Virus record (IMG/VR): IMGVR_UViG_2563366956_000009
From: a virus
Taxonomy: Duplodnaviria > Heunggongvirae > Uroviricota > Caudoviricetes
Length of the DNA stretch: 40,993 nucleotides
Strand: one strand, 5' to 3'
Below are positions 32,960 to 40,721 of this stretch, piece after piece (position 1 is the first letter of the stretch; each line of letters starts with the position of its first letter). The translations under genes were made by a program, and so were the position numbers. The notes below the pieces were generated by a model. It was not told where the DNA came from, did not search any database, and saw nothing but the letters and a program-made list of their open reading frames with translations.

Positions 32960-34400
32960 GCGACTTAAGAATCTACCCTATGAATGGATATGCACTCAAC
33001 CGAATCGATCTTGGTTTCAATCTTTTTTATCGGGATCAGGCTTCTTTTTAGGTAACTTCGGGGGCTTAACTTGCTGATGACTTTGCGTTCGGCGCGTAAG
33101 CCAGGGATGGTCAGCTTTAGGTTTAACATAGTATTTTGAGCGTAAATCAATACGGGCATTATCCACTCGTTCATGGACACTCTTTTCATCATCCAGTGGT
33201 ATAGGCTCCGGGCCATCAACATACTTTTCCCAGCCCAGCGCTTTCCCGTCATACAGAACGTTAATTTCACCGTCAAAGTTCTCGCATACAGTAACAACCG
33301 AATGCCTAAGTCGATATCCCCGGCCCTCACTGCGTACCTGAAACGCACTGCTTTTGTACTGGAAAGTGAGATTTTTAGACAGAACGCGCTTCGCCTGTAG
33401 GCTGAAGATATAACCCAGTTCCTCTTCAGAATGGTGCACATCAAGATGAGCATTATCAGTAGTACGAGGCGACGTAGCGAACCGGTTGTTATAGGCTTCA
33501 ATAAAGGTCGGCAACCATGCATTTGCTGTTTCAATATCACTGATATTCTGAAGCCGCATTTCTTTGACCAGCCTGTCCTGTAGTGTCTGATTGGCGCGCT
33601 CTACCCGCCCTTTTGCCTGCGGGCTGTTGGCATGGATTGGCTCGATGCCCAGTGTCTTTATCGCACGAGTGAACTGGGTCAGCTCACCTTCCCGCTCTGG
33701 GTTATTTACCCTGAATATACTGTGTCTATCAGAGTAGAGAGCGAGCGGTACGCCATGATCATTAAGGTAACCCCGGAGGGTTTCCATGTAAGCCCGGGTT
33801 GTTTCAGCAGGCACAAAACGCAACGCCATCAACGCACTGGTGGCATCATCAATGAAAACGATCAGTGTACATCTGGGGCCTCGATTTTCAAACCAGTCAT
33901 GAGGTGAGCCATCAATCTGGATCAGTTCACCGTAAGATGGTCGTCGCATGCGGCGTTGATATATACGGGCAATTTTACGACGGCGTTCACGCCATAACCC
34001 CTCTTCTATCATCCACTTTCTGAGAGTTTCAACGGATAAAGATAAACCGTGTATCTCGCGCAATTTTTCGCACGCAAACGTAGGTCCAAAATCAGCGTAA
34101 CGGCCTTTGAGGAGTGAAATTACTGTTGCTCTGAATTCAGTAGAAAAGGAATTATTAGGACGCTTTCCACGTCGGTGGGAAACCAGAGCAGAAGGCCCTT
34201 CATTTCTATACCGTTGCACCAGACGTTTAACCTGCCGAATAGAAATGCCAATGCGTGCCGCAGCTTGTTCCTGAATAATCTGAAGTCGGTGGAGTTCCTT
34301 ATGACTCATCGTAACAGTCTCTTTGATCATGAAAAATCCCCCAGAGAATTGTCTGGGGACATTTTAGAATGGTTCAAAGGGGACATTACAGCTTGGTGTT
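32960..34400 (-). mobile_element. putative insertion sequence around an rve-type DDE transposase (boundaries not determined)
   Basis: Single large transposase ORF; no clean terminal inverted repeats found by eye, so the ends are approximate. Confidence 0.4.
33017..34330 (-). CDS. DDE transposase, retroviral-integrase (rve) superfamily (IS481/ISNCY-like)
   Basis: 437 aa; N-terminal helix-turn-helix (IGISIRQVKRLVQRY), catalytic core with ...IQIDGSPHDW..., ...LIVFIDDATS... and ...NSPQAKGRVERANQTLQDRL... Confidence 0.7.
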   Translation of the reverse strand: MIKETVTMSHKELHRLQIIQEQAAARIGISIRQVKRLVQRYRNEGPSALVSHRRGKRPNNSFSTEFRATVISLLKGRYADFGPTFACEKLREIHGLSLSVETLRKWMIEEGLWRERRRKIARIYQRRMRRPSYGELIQIDGSPHDWFENRGPRCTLIVFIDDATSALMALRFVPAETTRAYMETLRGYLNDHGVPLALYSDRHSIFRVNNPEREGELTQFTRAIKTLGIEPIHANSPQAKGRVERANQTLQDRLVKEMRLQNISDIETANAWLPTFIEAYNNRFATSPRTTDNAHLDVHHSEEELGYIFSLQAKRVLSKNLTFQYKSSAFQVRSEGRGYRLRHSVVTVCENFDGEINVLYDGKALGWEKYVDGPEPIPLDDEKSVHERVDNARIDLRSKYYVKPKADHPWLTRRTQSHQQVKPPKLPKKKPDPDKKD

Positions 34401-34664
34401 AACAATAGCCTGCTTCTCCGTGCCTTTCGGCACGTAAGAGGCTAACCTACATGTGTCTAGCATGAAATTGGCCTCAGATTAATGTTAAGCGTCTTGCAGG
34501 ACGCGTAATGTTAACTGGGGCTTTTCTCTATCTGCCGTTGGTGTCCATGCCCGAGGCAGATAGCCTCAAGCACCCGCAGTCATTCTACTTAACTAAGATT
34601 TCCCCGCAAACCGTTTTTGTCCAGCACAGTAAATATCCAACTAAACCAATGGAGTTCGCTGTAT

Positions 34665-34844
34665 TTACCGCCAGTATTCAATGCACATGACCGCCATGAA
34701 CACCCCTAAAAAAAGGGCATTTATATATCCAAATATTAATATCAAAACATCAACTTTTTCCATATACCTTGCTGTGAAGATGATGGGCATACATGATGCG
34801 AACAACCAGAACGCAACAAACAAAAACTGCAATGCGTTTTTCAT
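34665..34844 (-). CDS. small putative two-TM membrane protein (59 aa)
   Basis: MKNALQFLFVAFWLFASCMPIIFTARYMEKVDVLILIFGYINALFLGVFMAVMCIEYWR preceded by a near-perfect SD (AGGAGGAATA-ATG). Confidence 0.45.
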   Translation of the reverse strand: MKNALQFLFVAFWLFASCMPIIFTARYMEKVDVLILIFGYINALFLGVFMAVMCIEYWR

Positions 34845-35996
34845 TATTCCTCCTACAATCAATGTGCAATTACATTTAAACACACCTCAATTTGGCCGGA
34901 CATATAAATATCTAAACCAGAAAAAATCACTTACATAGCGTTACAAACTCTTTAGTCTAAAGGTTCATCGTAAAACATTCCCCATACTTATCAGTCCGTT
35001 CCGCGCCAGGTAGCTCATTGCCTTATCTGGCAACCTGTAATCAGGTTTCCGCTTTTTCAGTTGGCTGGTCGTTTAACCGACATAGTTAATCCATTAATCT
35101 AGTTGCCGGATGTTGGTGGATTTTCGCGTTTTAGTTGTTCATAAAAGTGCACAGCTTTAACCAGTTCTTCTGATGTAACGGGGACTGGTGAGGCAGTGAA
35201 TAAGGCCTGAATTTGATAGTTCGGCCTGTCGTTACAATCCTCTTTTTTCGGTACATATTTCCAGTCACCAGACCACTACTTCCCCTGAAAGTCCGTAACG
35301 CCTTTTTTTACGTAGCGATATCGCCATGCCACTGGTTTTGCTTGCCCCGCCGTTTCATGCCCTTCCTGATAATTAATCTCGCTCATTCATCGCCCCACTC
35401 ATCACAATATGCTTCGACCGGAGTTTTTCCCGCTTCATAGTCATCACGCTAGGATTCGACATCAGCAGCACTTCCACCGCGTAACTCACCATAGTCCATT
35501 AATAGTTCATCCCGCTCTTCAAAACTGATGTTATATTTAGCTGAACAAAAATCAGCCACTTTGTGCTTCCTCATCGTCTTTTATTTCGTGGTATGAGTAA
35601 TTGCAGTAGTTAAAGAAAATTTCTTATGCTCCGTCATGAATTTCCTCAGGTGTTGCGTCATCGTCCACTTCGAATACATCCTCAAAATCTCCACCAGCTA
35701 TTCCCGTTTCAATAATAATTTTGAACTTTCGCATTTCACTACCGCCCTTTCGGGCGGCCTCCTGATGTTCTGAGGGTGCAGAAATCCATCCGGTTAAGGA
35801 TTAAATTTTATTTACAGAACTGAATTTAATTATTCAGATATACGTATCTGTAGCCTTACGAATCTACTCACTGGATGCCTCTTTCATAAAAATAATCCAG
35901 TGGGTTTTATCGTTTTTTCCCTGTTCGTTGACAGATAACAGGTTTTCTGTCTGTCAGTGCCAGAATCTGGCTTACCGGTATTTGCGTTTCATTCCA

Positions 35997-36353
35997 TTAA
36001 AAAATCAGAACGCCGTGCGGCCTCAACACCCGAAAGGCTTCTTTAAATCTCTGTCGCGAATCATCACGCCAGGCATCTTTATTCAGCCGTCCATATTTCT
36101 TTCCCATCCAGGCGTTATCACCAACACTCTCAAGATGCGGAGGGTCTAATACAACCATCGAAAAAGATGCGTCTGCAAATGATAATGCACGAAAATCTGC
36201 GATAATGTCAGGGCTGATAATCAAGCGTCTCCCATTGCGTAATGTGTATCCTTCTTTTCTGATATCGCTGAATATCGCCCGTTCGTCAGACTTATCGAAC
36301 CAGAACATGCGGCTGCCACAGCACATATCAAGAATGGTTGCCGGTGCACTCAC
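35997..36353 (-). pseudogene. DNA methyltransferase, N-terminal fragment (N6-adenine/N4-cytosine type), apparently truncated
   Basis: 118 aa with motif I-like ILDMCCGS and motif IV-like VVLDPPH, then an abrupt stop with no continuing reading frame. Confidence 0.5.
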
Positions 36354-36772
36354 TGCGCCACGTCCTGAAAATTACCCTGATAGAAAGCCAGTATGCGCTG
36401 CATAACTTCGCTCTTCCGGCACTCGCGACAGATTATGTTTAGGCGACTGTCGTAGCGACGTATTTCTCCGTCAGGTGATGACCAGATAAGGTCCGGATCA
36501 ACCACAGCAGGTTTCTTCACCTTTGCCCTCGAGAGTTTTTTGCGGGCGTTTTGCCAGTCCTTACGCGCCTGTTCAGAGGGGAATAACCCGTAGCCGGAGT
36601 TGTATACATCGCCACTGGCTACCAGCTCTCTGGCAAGAACGCTCATCAGATATCTAGTCGCACCTGTTTTAGCTTCCAGTTGCCGTAACGTCTCACGGCC
36701 GCTCTGGCGCACGAGTTCCACCACCTGCCATTTAATTTTTTCCCGCTCTTCTTGTGTAAAAACTTTTGCCAC
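36350..36772 (-). CDS. hypothetical protein of the replication module (140 aa)
   Basis: MAKVFTQEEREKIKWQVVELVRQSGRETLRQLEAKTGATRYLMSVLARELV...; immediately downstream of the O-like gene, stop overlaps the next start. Confidence 0.5.
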   Translation of the reverse strand: MAKVFTQEEREKIKWQVVELVRQSGRETLRQLEAKTGATRYLMSVLARELVASGDVYNSGYGLFPSEQARKDWQNARKKLSRAKVKKPAVVDPDLIWSSPDGEIRRYDSRLNIICRECRKSEVMQRILAFYQGNFQDVAQ

Positions 36773-36812
36773 AAGTCCCCCTTAAAATTACCTCATGACC
36801 TGAAATCAACAC

Positions 36813-37778
36813 TTATCCTCTGAAACCAGGCGGAATTTCTGTATCCGGTTCAGAAATATGATTAACACAACGCTGTACAGGTGAACGTCCCAGGCGGATG
36901 ACCAGTTCGTCCCATTTTTCGCGGAGCTTTGACGGGCTCATGATGTTTTTTACCCAGAATGGATCTCGCTGAACCCGACCAAACATTTCGCAAATTTGTC
37001 TGTGGCTTCTGCCATCCAGCATCCGCATTGTGCGCACGTCATTGGCCCAGGCAGTCCAGTTAGGCTCTTTTGGTCGCATGATCTCGCCATCATCACTGGC
37101 TGCCTGTTCGTAGAGACCCACGATCCGCCCCCAGATCCACTGCGCACACGCCAAATCCTCCCTGCTACCCCACTGGCGTTTTTTCGCACTAAACACAACC
37201 GCGTCGGAGTTCCGGGTTAAAAAATCCTGTTCAGTCGTCTGCGGGTCCGGTTGCGAAGCTTCCGGACGAAAAGTGTTTTTATTCTCTGTAGTAATCTCTG
37301 TTGTATTCTCTGTAAGATCATCAGGCCATTTTGACCCGATGACATTGGGTCGTTTTGAACCAATGGAGCGTTTCATTTTGACCTCTTCCATCGTGTCATT
37401 TTGACCTGATGGAGCGGCGCATTTTGAACCGATGGATTCGCTCAATTTGCCACCATCTAAAAGCTCGCTCCCATAGTTGATCGTGTAGAAATTGGTCATA
37501 TCGCGCTTTGATTTATTGAGCTTTTCACAACGCAAAAGCCCCAGCGTTTTCAGACTTGCAAACGCGCGCTTTAACGTTGACTCTGACCAGAATGGGAACT
37601 GTTCCAGCCATTGTTCCGTTGTGTTATAAATCCAGCGAACACCATCACATTCCATGCCGGAGTTGGTATCTCTCAACCAGTAGTGCAGTTGTTGCAAAAC
37701 AATGGCTTCGTTTAAGCCAATTTTCATTGCCAGCTGCGTGTTTATAACCAGTGGGCGTTCAGCAAAAAGAAGGCTCAT
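36813..37778 (-). CDS. replication initiator (lambda O-like) containing the origin iterons
   Basis: ATG at MSLLFAERPLVINTQLAMKIGLNEAIVLQQLHYW...; mid-gene ...SIGSK...SIGSK...VIGSK... repeats are encoded by the iteron DNA; upstream TTG start at 37832 also possible. Confidence 0.7.
   Translation of the reverse strand: MSLLFAERPLVINTQLAMKIGLNEAIVLQQLHYWLRDTNSGMECDGVRWIYNTTEQWLEQFPFWSESTLKRAFASLKTLGLLRCEKLNKSKRDMTNFYTINYGSELLDGGKLSESIGSKCAAPSGQNDTMEEVKMKRSIGSKRPNVIGSKWPDDLTENTTEITTENKNTFRPEASQPDPQTTEQDFLTRNSDAVVFSAKKRQWGSREDLACAQWIWGRIVGLYEQAASDDGEIMRPKEPNWTAWANDVRTMRMLDGRSHRQICEMFGRVQRDPFWVKNIMSPSKLREKWDELVIRLGRSPVQRCVNHISEPDTEIPPGFRG
37261..37456. repeat. ori: putative replication origin: six iterons (about 18 bp, CATTTTGAMCYGATGGA-like, 23-24 bp spacing) plus adjacent AT-rich TTCTCTGTA repeats
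   Basis: Repeats beginning at about 37326, 37350, 37373, 37397, 37420 and 37443; AT-rich tattctctgtagtaatctctgttgtattctctgtaag at 37280..37320. Confidence 0.65.
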
Positions 37779-38280
37779 AATTCCATCCAGCTTTTTGTTG
37801 GTATTGCTGTCGATACGCAAGTTTGAAAGCAATTGCTTTTTCTATAAGTTCGTCAGTTTCACGATCCACTACGGCAGGATCAGCAAAAAGCAGTCCGGAC
37901 TCCACCACATCGCCATATTCTTTGTTTAATCCGGCGATCATGTACGTAATGCTTTTTCCATCACTGATCTCACGATACAACCTGAAATCATTAATCCGGA
38001 TAGCCTCCATAATTGCAGGCACTAGCGCCGTGAACTTTTCACGCTTATCCCTGGTGTCGATAGCCTTCCAGCGTTCAAATATCTTCACTCGATTAACGCC
38101 AAGCGCTCGCTGATCAATCGCGCCACCTTCATATGTGACACGCTGAACATCGATGTTCGGGCGCTCTTTCAAAGCCCAGAATGCTTCAGTGATTAATATC
38201 GTCGCCTGCTCCTGTGTCATTCCTGGTCGACATATCCAGGCATCCAGAGCCTCACGAGCCTGTTCAGGAGTGATTTTCAT
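37759..38280 (-). CDS. hypothetical protein in the cII-equivalent position (173 aa)
   Basis: MKITPEQAREALDAWICRPGMTQEQATILITEAFWALKERPNIDVQRV...; directly downstream of the cro-like dicC. Confidence 0.5.
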   Translation of the reverse strand: MKITPEQAREALDAWICRPGMTQEQATILITEAFWALKERPNIDVQRVTYEGGAIDQRALGVNRVKIFERWKAIDTRDKREKFTALVPAIMEAIRINDFRLYREISDGKSITYMIAGLNKEYGDVVESGLLFADPAVVDRETDELIEKAIAFKLAYRQQYQQKAGWNYEPSFC

Positions 38281-38494
38281 TGTTCAACCGCCCCGCCCGC
38301 TTCGTCTTACGATATTCATCATAAACTTTGGGATCATACTGAAGCTCCCCGCCAGATGCCTCCTGTAGACGCATCGCGCGACCTTCGGGAACTAAATCCC
38401 CTTTCCAGCTATAAAGCGAAGCCAAACGAATACCTGCTGCTTGTGCAAGTTTTGTTTTTGAACCGAAATACAAAAGAGCGTCAGTTTTAAGCAT
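38264..38494 (-). CDS. dicC: Cro-like repressor DicC
   Basis: 76 aa MLKTDALLYFGSKTKLAQAAGIRLASLYSWKGDLVPEGRAMRLQEASGGELQYDPKVYDEYRKTKRAGRLNNENHS; divergent from dicA. Confidence 0.9.
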   Translation of the reverse strand: MLKTDALLYFGSKTKLAQAAGIRLASLYSWKGDLVPEGRAMRLQEASGGELQYDPKVYDEYRKTKRAGRLNNENHS

Positions 38495-38577
38495 TTAAAA
38501 CACCTTTATTGTTAGTCATAACTAACAAGATAGATGTTAACAAAAACATAGTCAATACGATTTAGCATTAGCTAACT
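38495..38577. promoter_or_regulatory. dicA-dicC divergent promoter/operator region
   Basis: Perfect palindrome TTGTTAGT-CATA-ACTAACAA at 38509..38528 and second inverted repeat TTAGC-N4-GCTAA at about 38562..38575. Confidence 0.7.
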
Positions 38578-38985
38578 ATGGAAACAAAAAATTTAACTAT
38601 CGGCGAACGCATCAGGTATCGTCGGAAAAACCTCAAACACACCCAAAGGTCTCTTGCTAAAGCCCTGAAAATCTCCCATGTGTCTGTATCACAATGGGAA
38701 CGGGGTGATAGTGAACCTACAGGGAAGAACCTTTTTGCCCTCAGCAAAGTATTGCAATGCTCACCAACATGGATTCTATTTGGCGATGAAGACAAGCAAC
38801 CAACACCACCTGTTGAGAAGCCAGTTGCCTTATCCCCCAAAGAACTAGAGCTCCTTGAGCTGTTTAATGCACTGCCAGAATCAGAACAGGATACCCAGCT
38901 CGCCGAAATGCGAGCTCGAGTAAAAAACTTCAATAAACTCTTTGAAGAATTACTAAAAGCCCGTCAGCGGACAAATAAAAGATAA
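38578..38985 (+). CDS. dicA: HTH (XRE family) repressor DicA, CI-like
   Basis: 135 aa METKNLTIGERIRYRRKNLKHTQRSLAKALKISHVSVSQWERGDSEPTGKNLFALSKVLQCSPTWILFGDED... Confidence 0.9.
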   Translation: METKNLTIGERIRYRRKNLKHTQRSLAKALKISHVSVSQWERGDSEPTGKNLFALSKVLQCSPTWILFGDEDKQPTPPVEKPVALSPKELELLELFNALPESEQDTQLAEMRARVKNFNKLFEELLKARQRTNKR

Positions 38986-39016
38986 CATCATCAATGAGTT
39001 ATCTTTTACCACATCA

Positions 39017-39080
39017 ATTATGTTAGCTATAGCATACAAAATCACTTGACCGATATGTTAGTCATGGCTAATCTTGTTTG
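39017..39080 (+). promoter_or_regulatory. putative promoter/operator of the dicB operon downstream of dicA
   Basis: TTGACC -35-like hexamer, operator-like ATGTTAGTCATGGCTAAT resembling the dicA-dicC palindrome, and palindrome GCTATAGC. Confidence 0.5.
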
Positions 39081-39151
39081 CATCAACACACCGCACGGTG
39101 TTCTCAGCAAACAGTTCCGCTACCCCAGCGTTAAGGGGAAATGAGGTCAGC

Positions 39152-39307
39152 ATGGATACTATCGATCTTGGCAACAACGAATCTCTGGTGTACGGCGTGT
39201 TTCCAAACCAGGACGGCACGTTCACCGCAATGACGTATACCAAAAGCAAAACGTTTAAAACCGAAAATGGTGCCCGTCGCTGGCTGGAAAGAAACTCAGG
39301 TGAGTGA
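39152..39307 (+). CDS. ydfA: YdfA (51 aa)
   Basis: MDTIDLGNNESLVYGVFPNQDGTFTAMTYTKSKTFKTENGARRWLERNSGE with GAGG RBS. Confidence 0.75.
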   Translation: MDTIDLGNNESLVYGVFPNQDGTFTAMTYTKSKTFKTENGARRWLERNSGE

Positions 39308-39308
39308 T

Positions 39309-39437
39309 ATGGATTTCGACACAATCATGGAAAAGGCTTACGAAGAATACTTCGAAGGCCTTGCCGAAGGCGAAGAAGCTCTCAGCTTCAGTGAGTTTAA
39401 ACAGGCGCTTTCCAGTTCGGCAAAATCTAACGGCTGA
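39309..39437 (+). CDS. ydfB: YdfB (42 aa)
   Basis: Hand-translated MDFDTIMEKAYEEYFEGLAEGEEALSFSEFKQALSSSAKSNG; ATG 1 nt after the ydfA stop; coordinates within about 1 nt. Confidence 0.6.
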   Translation: MDFDTIMEKAYEEYFEGLAEGEEALSFSEFKQALSSSAKSNG

Positions 39438-39466
39438 TAAGCGAAACAGCACCGCGAGGAATCAGT

Positions 39467-39685
39467 ATGCAGAAACGAGAACCCGTCATCATCGCGCCAG
39501 ACTATACCGATGATGAACTTTATGAGTGGATGCGCCAGAAAATTAATGCAGCGCAGGATCTGAAATGGGCTAATGAAGCCAGGGCTAAGCAGGCTGAAAA
39601 TCTGTCCGCTCTGGAGCAGGATATCACCAATCTGGAAAAAGCAGCGGCATTAAGCATTGCCAGAATGATTACATACCCGCGTTAG
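39467..39685 (+). CDS. ydfC: YdfC (72 aa)
   Basis: MQKREPVIIAPDYTDDELYEWMRQKINAAQDLKWANEARAKQAENLSALEQDITNLEKAAALSIARMITYPR. Confidence 0.8.
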   Translation: MQKREPVIIAPDYTDDELYEWMRQKINAAQDLKWANEARAKQAENLSALEQDITNLEKAAALSIARMITYPR

Positions 39686-40025
39686 TAGCTAATCAACAAA
39701 GCTAAGGTTAGTAATTAAGGAGTTCTCCACGGGTGAGGTGGAGTGCGTGCGCCGGACACGGGTGCGCATCCGGAACTGACAGTTTACTGAAAGGATATTT
39801 CCCTGAAAAGTCAGACCATAACGCGAAAGCGCACGGCGAGGTAGCTGGTTCATAGATAGCCTGTCGTTAAATTTTCGTCGACCGTGCGCTTCCGGTTGTG
39901 GCAACCCGCGAAATGGCGCGGCGGTAAGTATGGCGGGGTTATTCCTTCCCCGTTGAGGACACCGGGTTGTCAGGTTGACCATACGCTTAAGTGACAACCC
40001 CGCTGCAACGCCCTCTGTTATCAAT

Positions 40026-40083
40026 TTTCTGGTGACGTTTGGCGGTATCAGTTTTACTCCGTGACTGCTCTGCCGCCCTTTTT
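40026..40083 (+). ncRNA. dicF: DicF small regulatory RNA (processed from the dicB operon transcript)
   Basis: TTTCTGGTGACGTTTGGCGGTATCAGTTTTACTCCGTGACTGCTCTGCCGCCCTTTTT matches DicF as remembered, ending in a GC stem and U-run; ends approximate. Confidence 0.7.
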
Positions 40084-40252
40084 AAAGTGAATTTTGTGAT
40101 GTGGTGAATGCGGCTGAGCGCACGCGGAACAGTTAAAACCAAAAACAGTGTTATGGGTGGATTCTCTGTATCCGGCGTTAATTGTTAACTGGTTAACGTC
40201 ACCTGGAGGCACCAGGCACTGCATCACAAAATTCATTGTTGAGGACGCGATA

Positions 40253-40441
40253 ATGAAAACGTTATTACCAAACGTTAATACGTCTGAAGGTTGTTTTGAA
40301 ATTGGTGTCACTATCAGTAACCCAGTATTTACTGAAGATGCCATTAACAAGAGAAAACAAGAACGGGAGCTATTAAATAAAATATGCATTGTTTCAATGC
40401 TGGCTCGTTTACGTCTGATGCCAAAAGGATGTGCACAATGA
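40253..40441 (+). CDS. dicB: cell division inhibitor DicB
   Basis: 62 aa MKTLLPNVNTSEGCFEIGVTISNPVFTEDAINKRKQERELLNKICIVSMLARLRLMPKGCAQ. Confidence 0.9.
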   Translation: MKTLLPNVNTSEGCFEIGVTISNPVFTEDAINKRKQERELLNKICIVSMLARLRLMPKGCAQ

Positions 40442-40629
40442 ATTCAGCATTTGTGCTTGTTCTGACAGTTTTTCTTGTTTCCGGAGAGCCAGTTGATATT
40501 GCAGTCAGTGTTCACAGGACAATGCAGGAGTGTATGACTGCAGCAACCGAACAGAAAATTCCCGGTAACTGTTACCCGGTCGATAAAGTTATTCACCAGG
40601 ATAATATCGAAATCCCGGCAGGTCTTTAA
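40438..40629 (+). CDS. ydfD: YdfD (63 aa)
   Basis: MNSAFVLVLTVFLVSGEPVDIAVSVHRTMQECMTAATEQKIPGNCYPVDKVIHQDNIEIPAGL; start overlaps dicB stop; N-terminal hydrophobic segment. Confidence 0.8.
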   Translation: MNSAFVLVLTVFLVSGEPVDIAVSVHRTMQECMTAATEQKIPGNCYPVDKVIHQDNIEIPAGL

Positions 40630-40721
40630 AACAGTTCCGTAATAAATATCCGGTTTCATTCTTATATGCCAACAATGGCAGGGATTTGTTCATCCTTAAA
40701 TCTGTCATGAGGTTAAAACAA

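Noticed and set aside
32965-33540. 191-aa minus-strand ORF
   Set aside because: Alternative frame inside the transposase gene; Leu/Arg-rich; no independent start signals.
32960-34400. Terminal inverted repeats for the transposase-containing element
   Set aside because: Looked for matching inverted ends within about 100 bp of each side of the transposase gene and found only same-orientation GGGGACA motifs and internal hairpins, so no precise IS boundaries are claimed.
39689-40024. 111-aa minus-strand ORF
   Set aside because: Antisense across the untranslated ydfC-dicF spacer; no RBS; Arg-rich translation. The region is better explained as the DicF precursor transcript.
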